Shown: piece by piece, positions 8,475 through 15,210 of the stretch | Layout: each line of letters opens with the position of its first letter | Position numbering within the stretch: the stretch's first letter is position 1 | IMG/VR virus record: IMGVR_UViG_3300021093_000213 | Span: 1 to 34,552 of that record | Source: a virus | Lineage: Duplodnaviria > Caudoviricetes | Reading direction: 5' to 3' (one strand) | Length of the DNA stretch: 34,552 bases | Position numbers and translations under genes: made by a program | Notes under the pieces: model-generated | The model's database searches: none | What the model was told of the DNA's origin: nothing | What the model saw: only the letters and a program-made list of their open reading frames with translations

Positions 8475-9308
8475 CTATGCTACCTCGACGGCCTCGACGT
8501 CCACAATATCGCCCGATAAAAACTCATCGGCGGCGGCCCACAGGCGGACATTCATGCGGGTATCGTCCTGCACCGATCGCATGCCCCGAGTGCTCGAGCG
8601 GCGGTTTGCGCGGGTGAGGTTAACGCCGCCACGGGTGAGATTCTCCTGAATGGTATTGAGAACCGTCCACAGGTTTTGCCTCGCATCCTCAAACCGGCGA
8701 GCCATAAGCAGGTCTCGAGCATTCAAACCAGCAGGCCGTTCGGAGCCCCACCGGATTTGCGCGCCAATCTCAGCAAAAGAAAAAGCCTCTTCGTCGGTGA
8801 GTGAGCGGGCCTCATACCGAGCGACAGTGTCGGATAGGTTATCCACACGGGAGAGAAAATCGAACGAACGGGACCGGACGGCCTCAACAGCATTCGAGCG
8901 GTGAGGGACGGACACGGCCCCCATGGTGGACGTGCAGACAATGAGCCCATTCGCGCAAACCATGCGGAAGAGCCCTGCCCACAATTTAAACCCGGATGAA
9001 CCGTCATGAGAATTCATGAGCACAACCTCCGGGTGTGAGCCCGCCACGGTGGGCGCGTAATCGGGACGGAAGCGGAGCACGTGCCGAGTGAAATCCCTTT
9101 TACCCGCGACACGGGTAAGGGTCTGCCCTGCCTGCACAGGCTTAAACCCGGAAGCGCGGAGGTCTTCTACCACATCAATCGTGGGAACAAACCCGTACCG
9201 GGACGACACGCCCGAGAATGGCTGTTGAGCGAAAACCGAAGGAACGGCGGCGGATAGTTGATCGACGGAAATTCCATTTTCATTGTAAATCGAGCGGTGA
9301 GCGGTCAT
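8475..9308 (-). CDS. DUF932 (DUF945/YubP-like) family protein
   Basis: PSVFA....S.RY.FVPT..V...L...GF.PV, F.RH.LRFR, EVVLMNSHDGSS.F.L.AGLFR.VC.NGL, LW.V.N.IQENL.RGG; start reassigned to ATG 9308 by RBS. Confidence 0.9.
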   Translation of the reverse strand: MTAHRSIYNENGISVDQLSAAVPSVFAQQPFSGVSSRYGFVPTIDVVEDLRASGFKPVQAGQTLTRVAGKRDFTRHVLRFRPDYAPTVAGSHPEVVLMNSHDGSSGFKLWAGLFRMVCANGLIVCTSTMGAVSVPHRSNAVEAVRSRSFDFLSRVDNLSDTVARYEARSLTDEEAFSFAEIGAQIRWGSERPAGLNARDLLMARRFEDARQNLWTVLNTIQENLTRGGVNLTRANRRSSTRGMRSVQDDTRMNVRLWAAADEFLSGDIVDVEAVEVA

Positions 9309-9358
9309 CTTTAAATCTCCTGTATTGAGGTTGCAGGCCCGAACCATTCAAGCCATAT

Positions 9359-9391
9359 CGATAATTTATAGGATACCGGGACGTCAGTCAA
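9359..9391 (-). promoter_or_regulatory. Early promoter with degenerate palindrome
   Basis: TTGACT-N17-TAAATT; CGATA-N10-TACCG at 9359-9378. Confidence 0.65.
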
Positions 9392-9439
9392 GCCAATCTT
9401 GCAAAATCCACATTAGGGCAAACACTAATAAAAGAATGA

Positions 9440-10126
9440 TCACAGCGCGGCCCCCATATCACCCACCACATGATGCCGGAGCAATGAGCCCGAGGGGAGC
9501 GAGCGCGCGAATTCCCGGACCGCCTGCGCATCATCCGCCGCGCCATTGTCTTTAGTGTGGTGCCATTGAATTGATACCCGCCCGCTCGAACCGTAACAAC
9601 CCCCAGTGCCCGTACCTACCCTCTTCGCACTCGGGCCGTGCGCAAAAAAGGCCACCACATAATCGCGATGGGGTTGCGCGCATATCGGGTTTCCGCCGCC
9701 GCAATCATTGCATGCGAACGTATCGGACAATTCCGCCGGACAACGCACGAACCGAACGCCCCGGTACTCAGTGCTCTTCCAATCTTGTTTTGGCAAGGTA
9801 ACCGTCGCGGGCCGAAACGAGGAAAAGGCCCGAACCGCCTCATCCATCGAATCGCACGATGCATTAATTACAGTCTTACCCTCTTCGGGGAAGGGCAACT
9901 GATCTGCCGGAAAGTGAGAGTACGTCCACGCCTTACCCTGGCGGGGCACCGCATCGACCACGGCCCGAACATAATCCAAGTCCATTTCCGCCGCCCCGGT
10001 TTTCCCGCAAGGCAAAAGCCCGCAAGTTTTGGGGCACGTGCCGAACACGTCCGCCGCTCCGGATCGATACGTGACAGCGATAGGACCCGTCTTTTGATTT
10101 TTCGATACTGCGACCGTCTTAAGCAT
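9440..10126 (-). CDS. Cys-rich metal-binding phage protein (DUF7227/GP88-like)
   Basis: S.N.KTGPI.VT, TCPKTC, WTYSHF, VINAS, CPAE...C.DC....C, FFAHG, GCY, RHHVVGD; family name is from recall. Confidence 0.6.
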   Translation of the reverse strand: MLKTVAVSKNQKTGPIAVTYRSGAADVFGTCPKTCGLLPCGKTGAAEMDLDYVRAVVDAVPRQGKAWTYSHFPADQLPFPEEGKTVINASCDSMDEAVRAFSSFRPATVTLPKQDWKSTEYRGVRFVRCPAELSDTFACNDCGGGNPICAQPHRDYVVAFFAHGPSAKRVGTGTGGCYGSSGRVSIQWHHTKDNGAADDAQAVREFARSLPSGSLLRHHVVGDMGAAL

Positions 10127-10156
10127 TGCATTTTCTCCTGTATAAGTTGAGACGCT

Positions 10157-10185
10157 AGAATACTACGGATAGTTTATTCCTGCAA
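10157..10185 (-). promoter_or_regulatory. sigma70-type promoter
   Basis: TTGCAG-N17-TATTCT upstream of ATACAGGAGA. Confidence 0.55.
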
Positions 10186-10188
10186 GCC

Positions 10189-10476
10189 TTACCTCTCGAA
10201 CGCATCGAGAAAATCATTCACCGCCCTAGATACAGTCTCCCCTAGATAGCCTGAGGTGATACGGATGTCCTGCACGTCTTCCGGCGTAAGCTCATACCCC
10301 TGCGAATCCGCGTAAGCAATAACCTGCTCATCCGAGGCCTCATCGAGGGGCAAAAGGCCAAACCCCGAGTCTTCCTCTACTTCAAAGCGAATGATGCGAA
10401 CCCCATCGAACGATTCGACCGTCTCATACGCTCCGGCGTAATTGTCCAGCAAGCGATAAAGTTCTTTGGCGCTCAT
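10189..10476 (-). CDS. Acidic hypothetical protein
   Basis: 95 aa, GAGGAG RBS, ATGA coupling. Confidence 0.75.
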   Translation of the reverse strand: MSAKELYRLLDNYAGAYETVESFDGVRIIRFEVEEDSGFGLLPLDEASDEQVIAYADSQGYELTPEDVQDIRITSGYLGETVSRAVNDFLDAFER

Positions 10477-10994
10477 GCCTTTTCTCCTCTCATAAATTCA
10501 CGGAATCGTATGGCAGACACGGGCGGCGGCATCTTGACGCCAATCAAGCGAAGCTCGCGGTCCAGCATGGCGCGAGCCTCCGCATTGCGCCAATACCTGT
10601 GGCCCCAACGATTGTGGGCAGTCTTGGCAATCGCTTGCAAAAGGGGTTTGTAGTGCGCTCGCAAGGGTCTACACGCGACAACAAGTGCGCCGTGCCAGTA
10701 ATCAGCTTTGCAGTCATCAAGCCAACGCGTAGCTTTATGTTGTGCCGCGTTCAGCAGATGCGCGGGTTTTGTCGCGCCCTCGACCATTTCCACCGGCAGG
10801 TACACGCGATGCCGGGGCACTGGATATGCGTCAGGGTCACGGGGGTCGCGCGGCCCGTACAGGGTCACCGCAACAGACTGCCCAGAGCGACTCAAGTAAG
10901 CTTGCCCGCCCGTAATCAGATTATCCTGCCCCTCAATAAACATGATGCGCTTCGGATGGGCGCGGAGTGCTTGAACTGGTGGGTAGTCCTTCAT
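10473..10994 (-). CDS. Hypothetical protein
   Basis: 173 aa, GAGGAG RBS, ATGA-coupled at both ends. Confidence 0.75.
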   Translation of the reverse strand: MKDYPPVQALRAHPKRIMFIEGQDNLITGGQAYLSRSGQSVAVTLYGPRDPRDPDAYPVPRHRVYLPVEMVEGATKPAHLLNAAQHKATRWLDDCKADYWHGALVVACRPLRAHYKPLLQAIAKTAHNRWGHRYWRNAEARAMLDRELRLIGVKMPPPVSAIRFREFMRGEKA

Positions 10995-11011
10995 GCCTTT
11001 TCTCCTCTCAT
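10473..11011. repeat. 21-bp direct repeat flanking one gene
   Basis: TCATGCCTTTTCTCCTCTCAT at 10473-10493 and 10991-11011; both upstream ORFs end in MRGEKA. Confidence 0.9.
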
Positions 11012-11323
11012 GAGTTCATGGGGCACTTCAATTTCATCGCCAAAATTGCTCGCGACGTAACAGCGCATGGCGGCAGTCAGAGGGGAATAATCAAAGTACC
11101 GAATAGCCCTACCGTCTGAAGTGTGCCCGAGCGCGATTGCAATCCAATCTCCATTCTCAAACGTGAGCGAAATGCCCTCGCGCTCAATAATCGGTCCGCC
11201 CTGGCCCCAATCGGTTGCCCAGCCCCACAACCCCCACTCGGGGCCTTCTACCTCAGAGTCAAATCCTTCGGTCTTAGTTACCGCCCAATCAAGGGCGACT
11301 CCTGTGAGTTCGGATACTTTCAT
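10991..11323 (-). CDS. NinX / DUF2591 family protein
   Basis: SELTG.ALDWAV...EG, TDW.QGGPIIERE.ISL, PL.AAMRCYVAS.FGDE.EVP. Confidence 0.85.
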   Translation of the reverse strand: MKVSELTGVALDWAVTKTEGFDSEVEGPEWGLWGWATDWGQGGPIIEREGISLTFENGDWIAIALGHTSDGRAIRYFDYSPLTAAMRCYVASNFGDEIEVPHELMRGEKA

Positions 11324-11526
11324 GCTGAGGCCTCCGCCGTATCACGGAGCCATGCCCGAAGACGGGCGCCGTTCTCTGCCTTTTGCCCTTCGTGCAGATC
11401 GGCCTTCCAAACAATAAAAATGCCGTGAATATATCGGCGGCCGTACTCGATCGCCTCGCGCTTCGTTTTGAATGAGGGACCATCGACCTTTGCGGTGTTG
11501 GTGCCAACAAGCCATTTTCTTGCCAT
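11320..11526 (-). CDS. Small basic hypothetical protein
   Basis: Start at ATG 11526 behind ATACAGGAGA; GPSFKTKREAIEYG. Confidence 0.7.
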   Translation of the reverse strand: MARKWLVGTNTAKVDGPSFKTKREAIEYGRRYIHGIFIVWKADLHEGQKAENGARLRAWLRDTAEASA

Positions 11527-11559
11527 GGTAATTCTCCTGTATGAGTTGACTACACCCAC

Positions 11560-11588
11560 ACTGTAGCATCATTACTACCGGTAGTCAA
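11560..11588 (-). promoter_or_regulatory. sigma70 promoter heading the early block
   Basis: TTGACT-N17-TACAGT with extended -10 TG; flanked by the 10-bp inverted repeat AGTTGACTAC (11544-11553) / GTAGTCAACT (11581-11590). Confidence 0.7.
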
Positions 11589-11977
11589 CTTAGGGAAAAC
11601 CCTAATGCTTCTTCAAGCTTTCGCCATCCCTCGGCATTCTCCGGAATCTTTACATCCGGCTGGCATACGCCCAGCGCTAAATCCTTCGCCCTGTGCGACG
11701 GGTAAAGCCAAATCTCCCTTTTCCTCGCCTCTCCAAAACTTGCCAAAATAAAACAGGGATAGTCCCGGTGCGCCTCATGAAAAGCAACCTGATGAGCGCT
11801 TAACTTTATCCGGCCGCTCGGCGCCGCAACCTTCAGTTCAATCAACAAAAAGCGCTTCTCAAGGGAAAGGATGCAGTCCGGGATACCTAGGTTCACCCAG
11901 GACTCAACGCGGGTTATCCTCGTCTTCTTCATCCCCGCCTTCATCCTCCGATAAAACGCTGTCTCCGGCTTCATCAA
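11585..11977 (-). CDS. PD-(D/E)XK nuclease, VRR-NUC/Holliday-junction-resolvase-like
   Basis: PE..FY, RVE....GIPD.......IELK.......SAHQVAFH. Confidence 0.8.
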   Translation of the reverse strand: MMKPETAFYRRMKAGMKKTRITRVESWVNLGIPDCILSLEKRFLLIELKVAAPSGRIKLSAHQVAFHEAHRDYPCFILASFGEARKREIWLYPSHRAKDLALGVCQPDVKIPENAEGWRKLEEALGFSLS

Positions 11978-12584
11978 ACTCCTCCCCTGTAGTGTGGTCC
12001 GCTTCTCTTTCCATCTCTATCGCATCGTCCAAAGACGTGTCCTCTACGTCAATGACCTCCCGGCGGGGAGAATACAGGCGACGTAACTCCTCGAGCTTCT
12101 TTTGCACTTCCTCTTTGCTCATGCTATCGATCACCCCATGCCGGATCTCTTTGCGATCAACGTAAATATTGCCAAGGGCTTGCCCCCTTCGATATTCCGC
12201 CTGCACTGCCGCCGCCCAAGCCCCAGCCTCGATTGCCTTATCCCGGATCATTAGCAGATCCTTCATATGGCGCTCAAAGTTCGTCCCGTATTTCTCTCCG
12301 AGCTCCCTTTGCCTCTTTTGGATGTAGGCCACCACATGGGGCTTACGGACCGGGTTGGTCAGTTCTGTGGCCCTGCTATGCGCCGAGGACGGCGGATAGC
12401 CTGCCTCGATCGCCGCCTCCCGCATGCTGAGTTGTCCAGCAGAGGACAACCATATTTCTACAAATTTAACTTCCCGTTCGGTCAGGACCTTCCTTTGCTT
12501 GGGCCCTCGTTTATGTATCGCAGGGTCATACTGCGCCACCCTGGACAAAGCTTGCGCTTGCTTCTTTCGGACCGTCGAGCTCAT
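11904..12584 (-). CDS. terS: Terminase small subunit
   Basis: LTERE.KFV..W.......EAAIEAGY..SSA...A.EL.....P.V..YI (HTH), A.EAG.W.AAV.AE..RG.A.G.IYVDRKEI; acidic tail. Confidence 0.85.
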   Translation of the reverse strand: MSSTVRKKQAQALSRVAQYDPAIHKRGPKQRKVLTEREVKFVEIWLSSAGQLSMREAAIEAGYPPSSAHSRATELTNPVRKPHVVAYIQKRQRELGEKYGTNFERHMKDLLMIRDKAIEAGAWAAAVQAEYRRGQALGNIYVDRKEIRHGVIDSMSKEEVQKKLEELRRLYSPRREVIDVEDTSLDDAIEMEREADHTTGEEFDEAGDSVLSEDEGGDEEDEDNPR

Positions 12585-12646
12585 TTGAGTCGATCCTCAA
12601 GAAAGGTCATCACAAAGAACAGGCCAATCAGCACTAGAAATATCAT
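12581..12646 (-). CDS. 21-aa hydrophobic micro-protein (not in ORF track)
   Basis: MIFLVLIGLFFVMTFLEDRLK*, GAAGGAGAG RBS, TGA overlaps terS ATG (ATGA). Confidence 0.55.
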   Translation of the reverse strand: MIFLVLIGLFFVMTFLEDRLK

Positions 12647-12696
12647 TACGTCTCTCCTTCACAGGTGTAACTTTTTGCCCTTCCGTCTTCACCATA

Positions 12697-12936
12697 TACG
12701 CTAGAAATTCAAAAAAAAAAATTCATTGTTGTTTTTTATGAATTCCTGGACGTTTGTAGTACGAAAGGTTAAAAAGCATAGTTAATTGTAACATCAATAA
12801 TTACGTCAAAACACTACTGTAATTCTCTGTAATTTATAACTCATTGAAAACAAATAGAAATTACGTCTATTACACCAATTACGTCAAATTTTGATTTTTG
12901 GTGAACATAAAAAACTTTTTTTGAATTTTCAGCGTA
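12697..12936. other. Putative replication origin
   Basis: Very AT-rich. 19/21-bp inverted repeat (12697-12717 vs 12916-12936), inner 10-bp IR (12731-12740 vs 12906-12915), three AATTACGTC copies (12799, 12859, 12877), IHF-like site 12837-12849. Confidence 0.6.
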
Positions 12937-13035
12937 ATAAGGCAATTTTCCTCCTTTCCTAGTCCCTGTTCCTTGATCCTTGATCCATAAATAACCGCTC
13001 ACTTCGCTTGCGTCCCTTGTCTTGCTTTAGGATTA

Positions 13036-13101
13036 CGCTTCTACACTTCTTTTTCCCCTCTTCTACACCTCTCCTACACCTCTCCTACACCTCTTCTACA
13101 C
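13036..13101. repeat. 11-bp tandem repeat (iteron-like)
   Basis: CTCT(T/C)CTACAC x4 at 13058-13101, plus an in-phase CGCTTCTACAC at 13036-13046. Confidence 0.9.
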
Positions 13102-13270
13102 CGTTCTTTTCTTCCTCAAAGTTAAGGTCTCCGGCGGGGATTTCGATGGTTTTAAAGCGTTTGTTGCAGGTGTAGCACCGTCGGGTTCGGGTAATCCAAG
13201 GTTCGCGTTCCGGGAATTTGCGGGTGTCGAGCACTTTTGTTTCCTCGCCCTCGCAGTAGATGCATCTCAT
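13085..13270 (-). CDS. NrdR N-terminal-like zinc-ribbon protein
   Basis: MRCIYC...TKVLDTR.......RTRRC..C..RF.T.E; lacks the ATP-cone. Confidence 0.8.
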   Translation of the reverse strand: MRCIYCEGEETKVLDTRKFPEREPWITRTRRCYTCNKRFKTIEIPAGDLNFEEEKNGVEEV

Positions 13271-13587
13271 TGAGTTCTCCAGCGCATGTCGATGGCGTTT
13301 TTCAGGTTAAAGGGGTTGTTCAAGTAGGTGGATTCCGGCACGTAGTTGATGGGTGGGAGCCAAGCGAGGGATCCTTGTTTCAAGAGCACGAGTGGGTCCA
13401 CGTTGGATTCGTAGACCTTGACGTGTTGAGGGGGGAGGGTATCGACGTGGTGGATGATGCCTTTTTGGGCCAGTTGGAGGACCTGAGAGCGCAGGGTAGT
13501 GAATTTCCCGTCGGTGAGCATTTTCAGGTCGTAGACGGTAAACCGGAATCTTTTACCGAAGATGATGCTTTTTCTTGGGTTTCTCAT
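13267..13587 (-). CDS. Hypothetical protein
   Basis: 106 aa, AAGGAG RBS, ATGA coupling at both ends. Confidence 0.65.
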   Translation of the reverse strand: MRNPRKSIIFGKRFRFTVYDLKMLTDGKFTTLRSQVLQLAQKGIIHHVDTLPPQHVKVYESNVDPLVLLKQGSLAWLPPINYVPESTYLNNPFNLKNAIDMRWRTQ

Positions 13588-13967
13588 GAGTTCTTCTCCT
13601 TGAGCTTAACCTCGATCAGCTGAGCAAACTGCCTCAAGCAGGTGCCGTCCCCGTCCATCCCGTCGTCCACCAGGGGCGTCATGGCCCCTTTTTCGTTGTT
13701 GTACGTATGTTTTGTCCAAGGGATGATTCCTGCCAGGAGGTAGAGATCGGTGATTTCTTGGTCCGTGAGCCCTGCCCATTGTTTCGGGGTCATCATTGTT
13801 TTGAGACGTCCGATTTCCATCCGCAGGTGGTTGTTTTCCTGGCGCAGGTCTCGGTTGTTTTTGGCCATGTTGTCGAGAATTGCTTCGTTAGTGTGGGGCC
13901 GTTCTGCTCGTCTAATCTCCTGGCACATGCACATGGGGTTGCCGCATTGGGAGCAGTACTCAGCCAT
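13584..13967 (-). CDS. Hypothetical protein (Cys cluster, coiled coil, 'WAGLTDQEI...IEVKLKEKN' pattern)
   Basis: Start reassigned to ATG 13967 (AGGGGG RBS). Confidence 0.7.
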   Translation of the reverse strand: MAEYCSQCGNPMCMCQEIRRAERPHTNEAILDNMAKNNRDLRQENNHLRMEIGRLKTMMTPKQWAGLTDQEITDLYLLAGIIPWTKHTYNNEKGAMTPLVDDGMDGDGTCLRQFAQLIEVKLKEKNS

Positions 13968-14205
13968 GATTCCCCCTTGATCGGATGATCGCGGCGCGTA
14001 CTCGCAACGCCGTGGATATGGGTCCTTTGCCTTCGGCGTCTCCGTCTGTTTCGAGGACCGAGGCGCAAGCTTCTCGTTCTGCCTTCTGAGCACGTCGCAC
14101 CAGCTCGATCACCATTGATTCGGGGAGCGTGTACCGTGCTCCTTCTTGCTTGATGCCGCTGGTCATGACTTCTGCAACCAGCGTGAGAATTTCGTCGTTA
14201 GTCAT
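13960..14205 (-). CDS. Small phage protein with AEREACA motif
   Basis: MTNDEI...AEREACA...AAIIRSRG; GGAGG RBS. Confidence 0.7.
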   Translation of the reverse strand: MTNDEILTLVAEVMTSGIKQEGARYTLPESMVIELVRRAQKAEREACASVLETDGDAEGKGPISTALRVRAAIIRSRGNHG

Positions 14206-14459
14206 CCTCTTCCTCCATAGCGAATGGTCCGATGGGCCAGGACATGTAGTTCATCGGGGTTTTGTTCGGCGAGGCGGTCGAGTTGTTCGTCTTCCAATGC
14301 CTCTCCGGTGTCAGCAAAGAATGCTTTGTCGAAATACACGTCGCAGAAGTCGGGGTAGTCGGCGCTATCCAACCCGGCCAACTCCGCATCGACAACCTCG
14401 CGGCCGTCCAATTTGAGTTTTAAGATTTCCAAGCTCGTGGTTGTTTTTTCCAAGCTCAT
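14202..14459 (-). CDS. Conserved acidic phage protein (DYPDF.D motif)
   Basis: Start at ATG 14459 (ATGA overlap); LDSADYPDFCDVYF..A....GE.L.DEQLD.L. Confidence 0.7.
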   Translation of the reverse strand: MSLEKTTTSLEILKLKLDGREVVDAELAGLDSADYPDFCDVYFDKAFFADTGEALEDEQLDRLAEQNPDELHVLAHRTIRYGGRG

Positions 14460-14698
14460 TTGCGATCTCCCAGGAATGGTTGTTTGCTCTCCCATAGGGC
14501 GGCGCAGGTCATCTCGAGGTCCACATTGCCGCGCTTAATTGCCAGGGCGTCCTGCTTTCCCTGCTTGTACGCTTCGATGACCTTGGGCGTTGGGTCGTGG
14601 ACGATGAGCCCACCGATGAATGCCGAGAACACCATGCCAGAAAAAAACACAGCGGCAAAGGCGGCAGGCAAGAGGTACTTCTCTCTGAGGAACGTCAT
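14456..14698 (-). CDS. Membrane-anchored hypothetical protein
   Basis: N-terminal hydrophobic segment; AAGGAG RBS. Confidence 0.75.
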   Translation of the reverse strand: MTFLREKYLLPAAFAAVFFSGMVFSAFIGGLIVHDPTPKVIEAYKQGKQDALAIKRGNVDLEMTCAALWESKQPFLGDRK

Positions 14699-14729
14699 TT
14701 CTTTCTCCTTTATTAAGTATTACAGCTTC

Positions 14730-14758
14730 ATACTACGGGTAGTTTTACACGTTGTCAA
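14730..14758 (-). promoter_or_regulatory. sigma70 promoter
   Basis: TTGACA-N17-TAGTAT. Confidence 0.7.
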
Positions 14759-14969
14759 CTCTCTTTTTTTCTGCCCAAACGAGGATGGCGCAGGTCGAGC
14801 GGTGGATCTTTAAACATAGTGCTTCGGCCGCATCGAGTTGTTCCTGGCTCGGGTGGGCTTCGGCCAGTGCCTCTTGCAGGAGGCGGGCTGATTGGTTGAT
14901 GGTGACGATATCGAAGCCAACGTCACTGCACTGGTGGTCATTGCATTGTTGGGGCGTTTGGGTTTGCAT
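14745..14969 (-). CDS. Hypothetical protein
   Basis: Fills the gap in the operon; ATG 14969 with GAGG RBS; start uncertain. Confidence 0.5.
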   Translation of the reverse strand: MQTQTPQQCNDHQCSDVGFDIVTINQSARLLQEALAEAHPSQEQLDAAEALCLKIHRSTCAILVWAEKKRVDNV

Positions 14970-15210
14970 ACATGTCCTCATAGCATTTAACGGTTGCGGC
15001 GACGAGTTCTCGCAGGGGAATCTCGGAGACTCTGCCTATGACTGCGACGGTAGTAGCCAAGGCCACTACCGACTCGACAGGATCCAAGCCTTCGTCAATG
15101 GCAAACTGCACTGCGGTCATAGAAAGCTGTTTCATGGTGTGGAGCTTCCTGCTCTCAGCGTTCATGCTAATGAGAGCATCCATGATCTTCTTCCTGTCTT
15201 TGGGGTTCAT
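14938..15210 (-). CDS. Hypothetical protein
   Basis: 90 aa, ATGA-coupled. Confidence 0.65.
   Translation of the reverse strand: MNPKDRKKIMDALISMNAESRKLHTMKQLSMTAVQFAIDEGLDPVESVVALATTVAVIGRVSEIPLRELVAATVKCYEDMYANPNAPTMQ

Noticed and set aside
6716-9378. Palindrome as a LexA (SOS) box
   Set aside because: Does not match CTGT-N8-ACAG or GTTC-N7-GTTC.
6666-11548. Repeated leader as CsrA/RsmA site or CRISPR-like repeat
   Set aside because: ACAGGAG does not fit ANGGA, and the repeats are separated by whole genes and coincide with SD positions.
13036-13101. Possible CRISPR/mini-array
   Set aside because: 11-bp contiguous units with no unique spacers and no cas genes; better explained as iterons or a tandem repeat.
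13085-13270. Full nrdR repressor / host gene
   Set aside because: Only the zinc ribbon is present, with no ATP-cone; a common stand-alone phage form.
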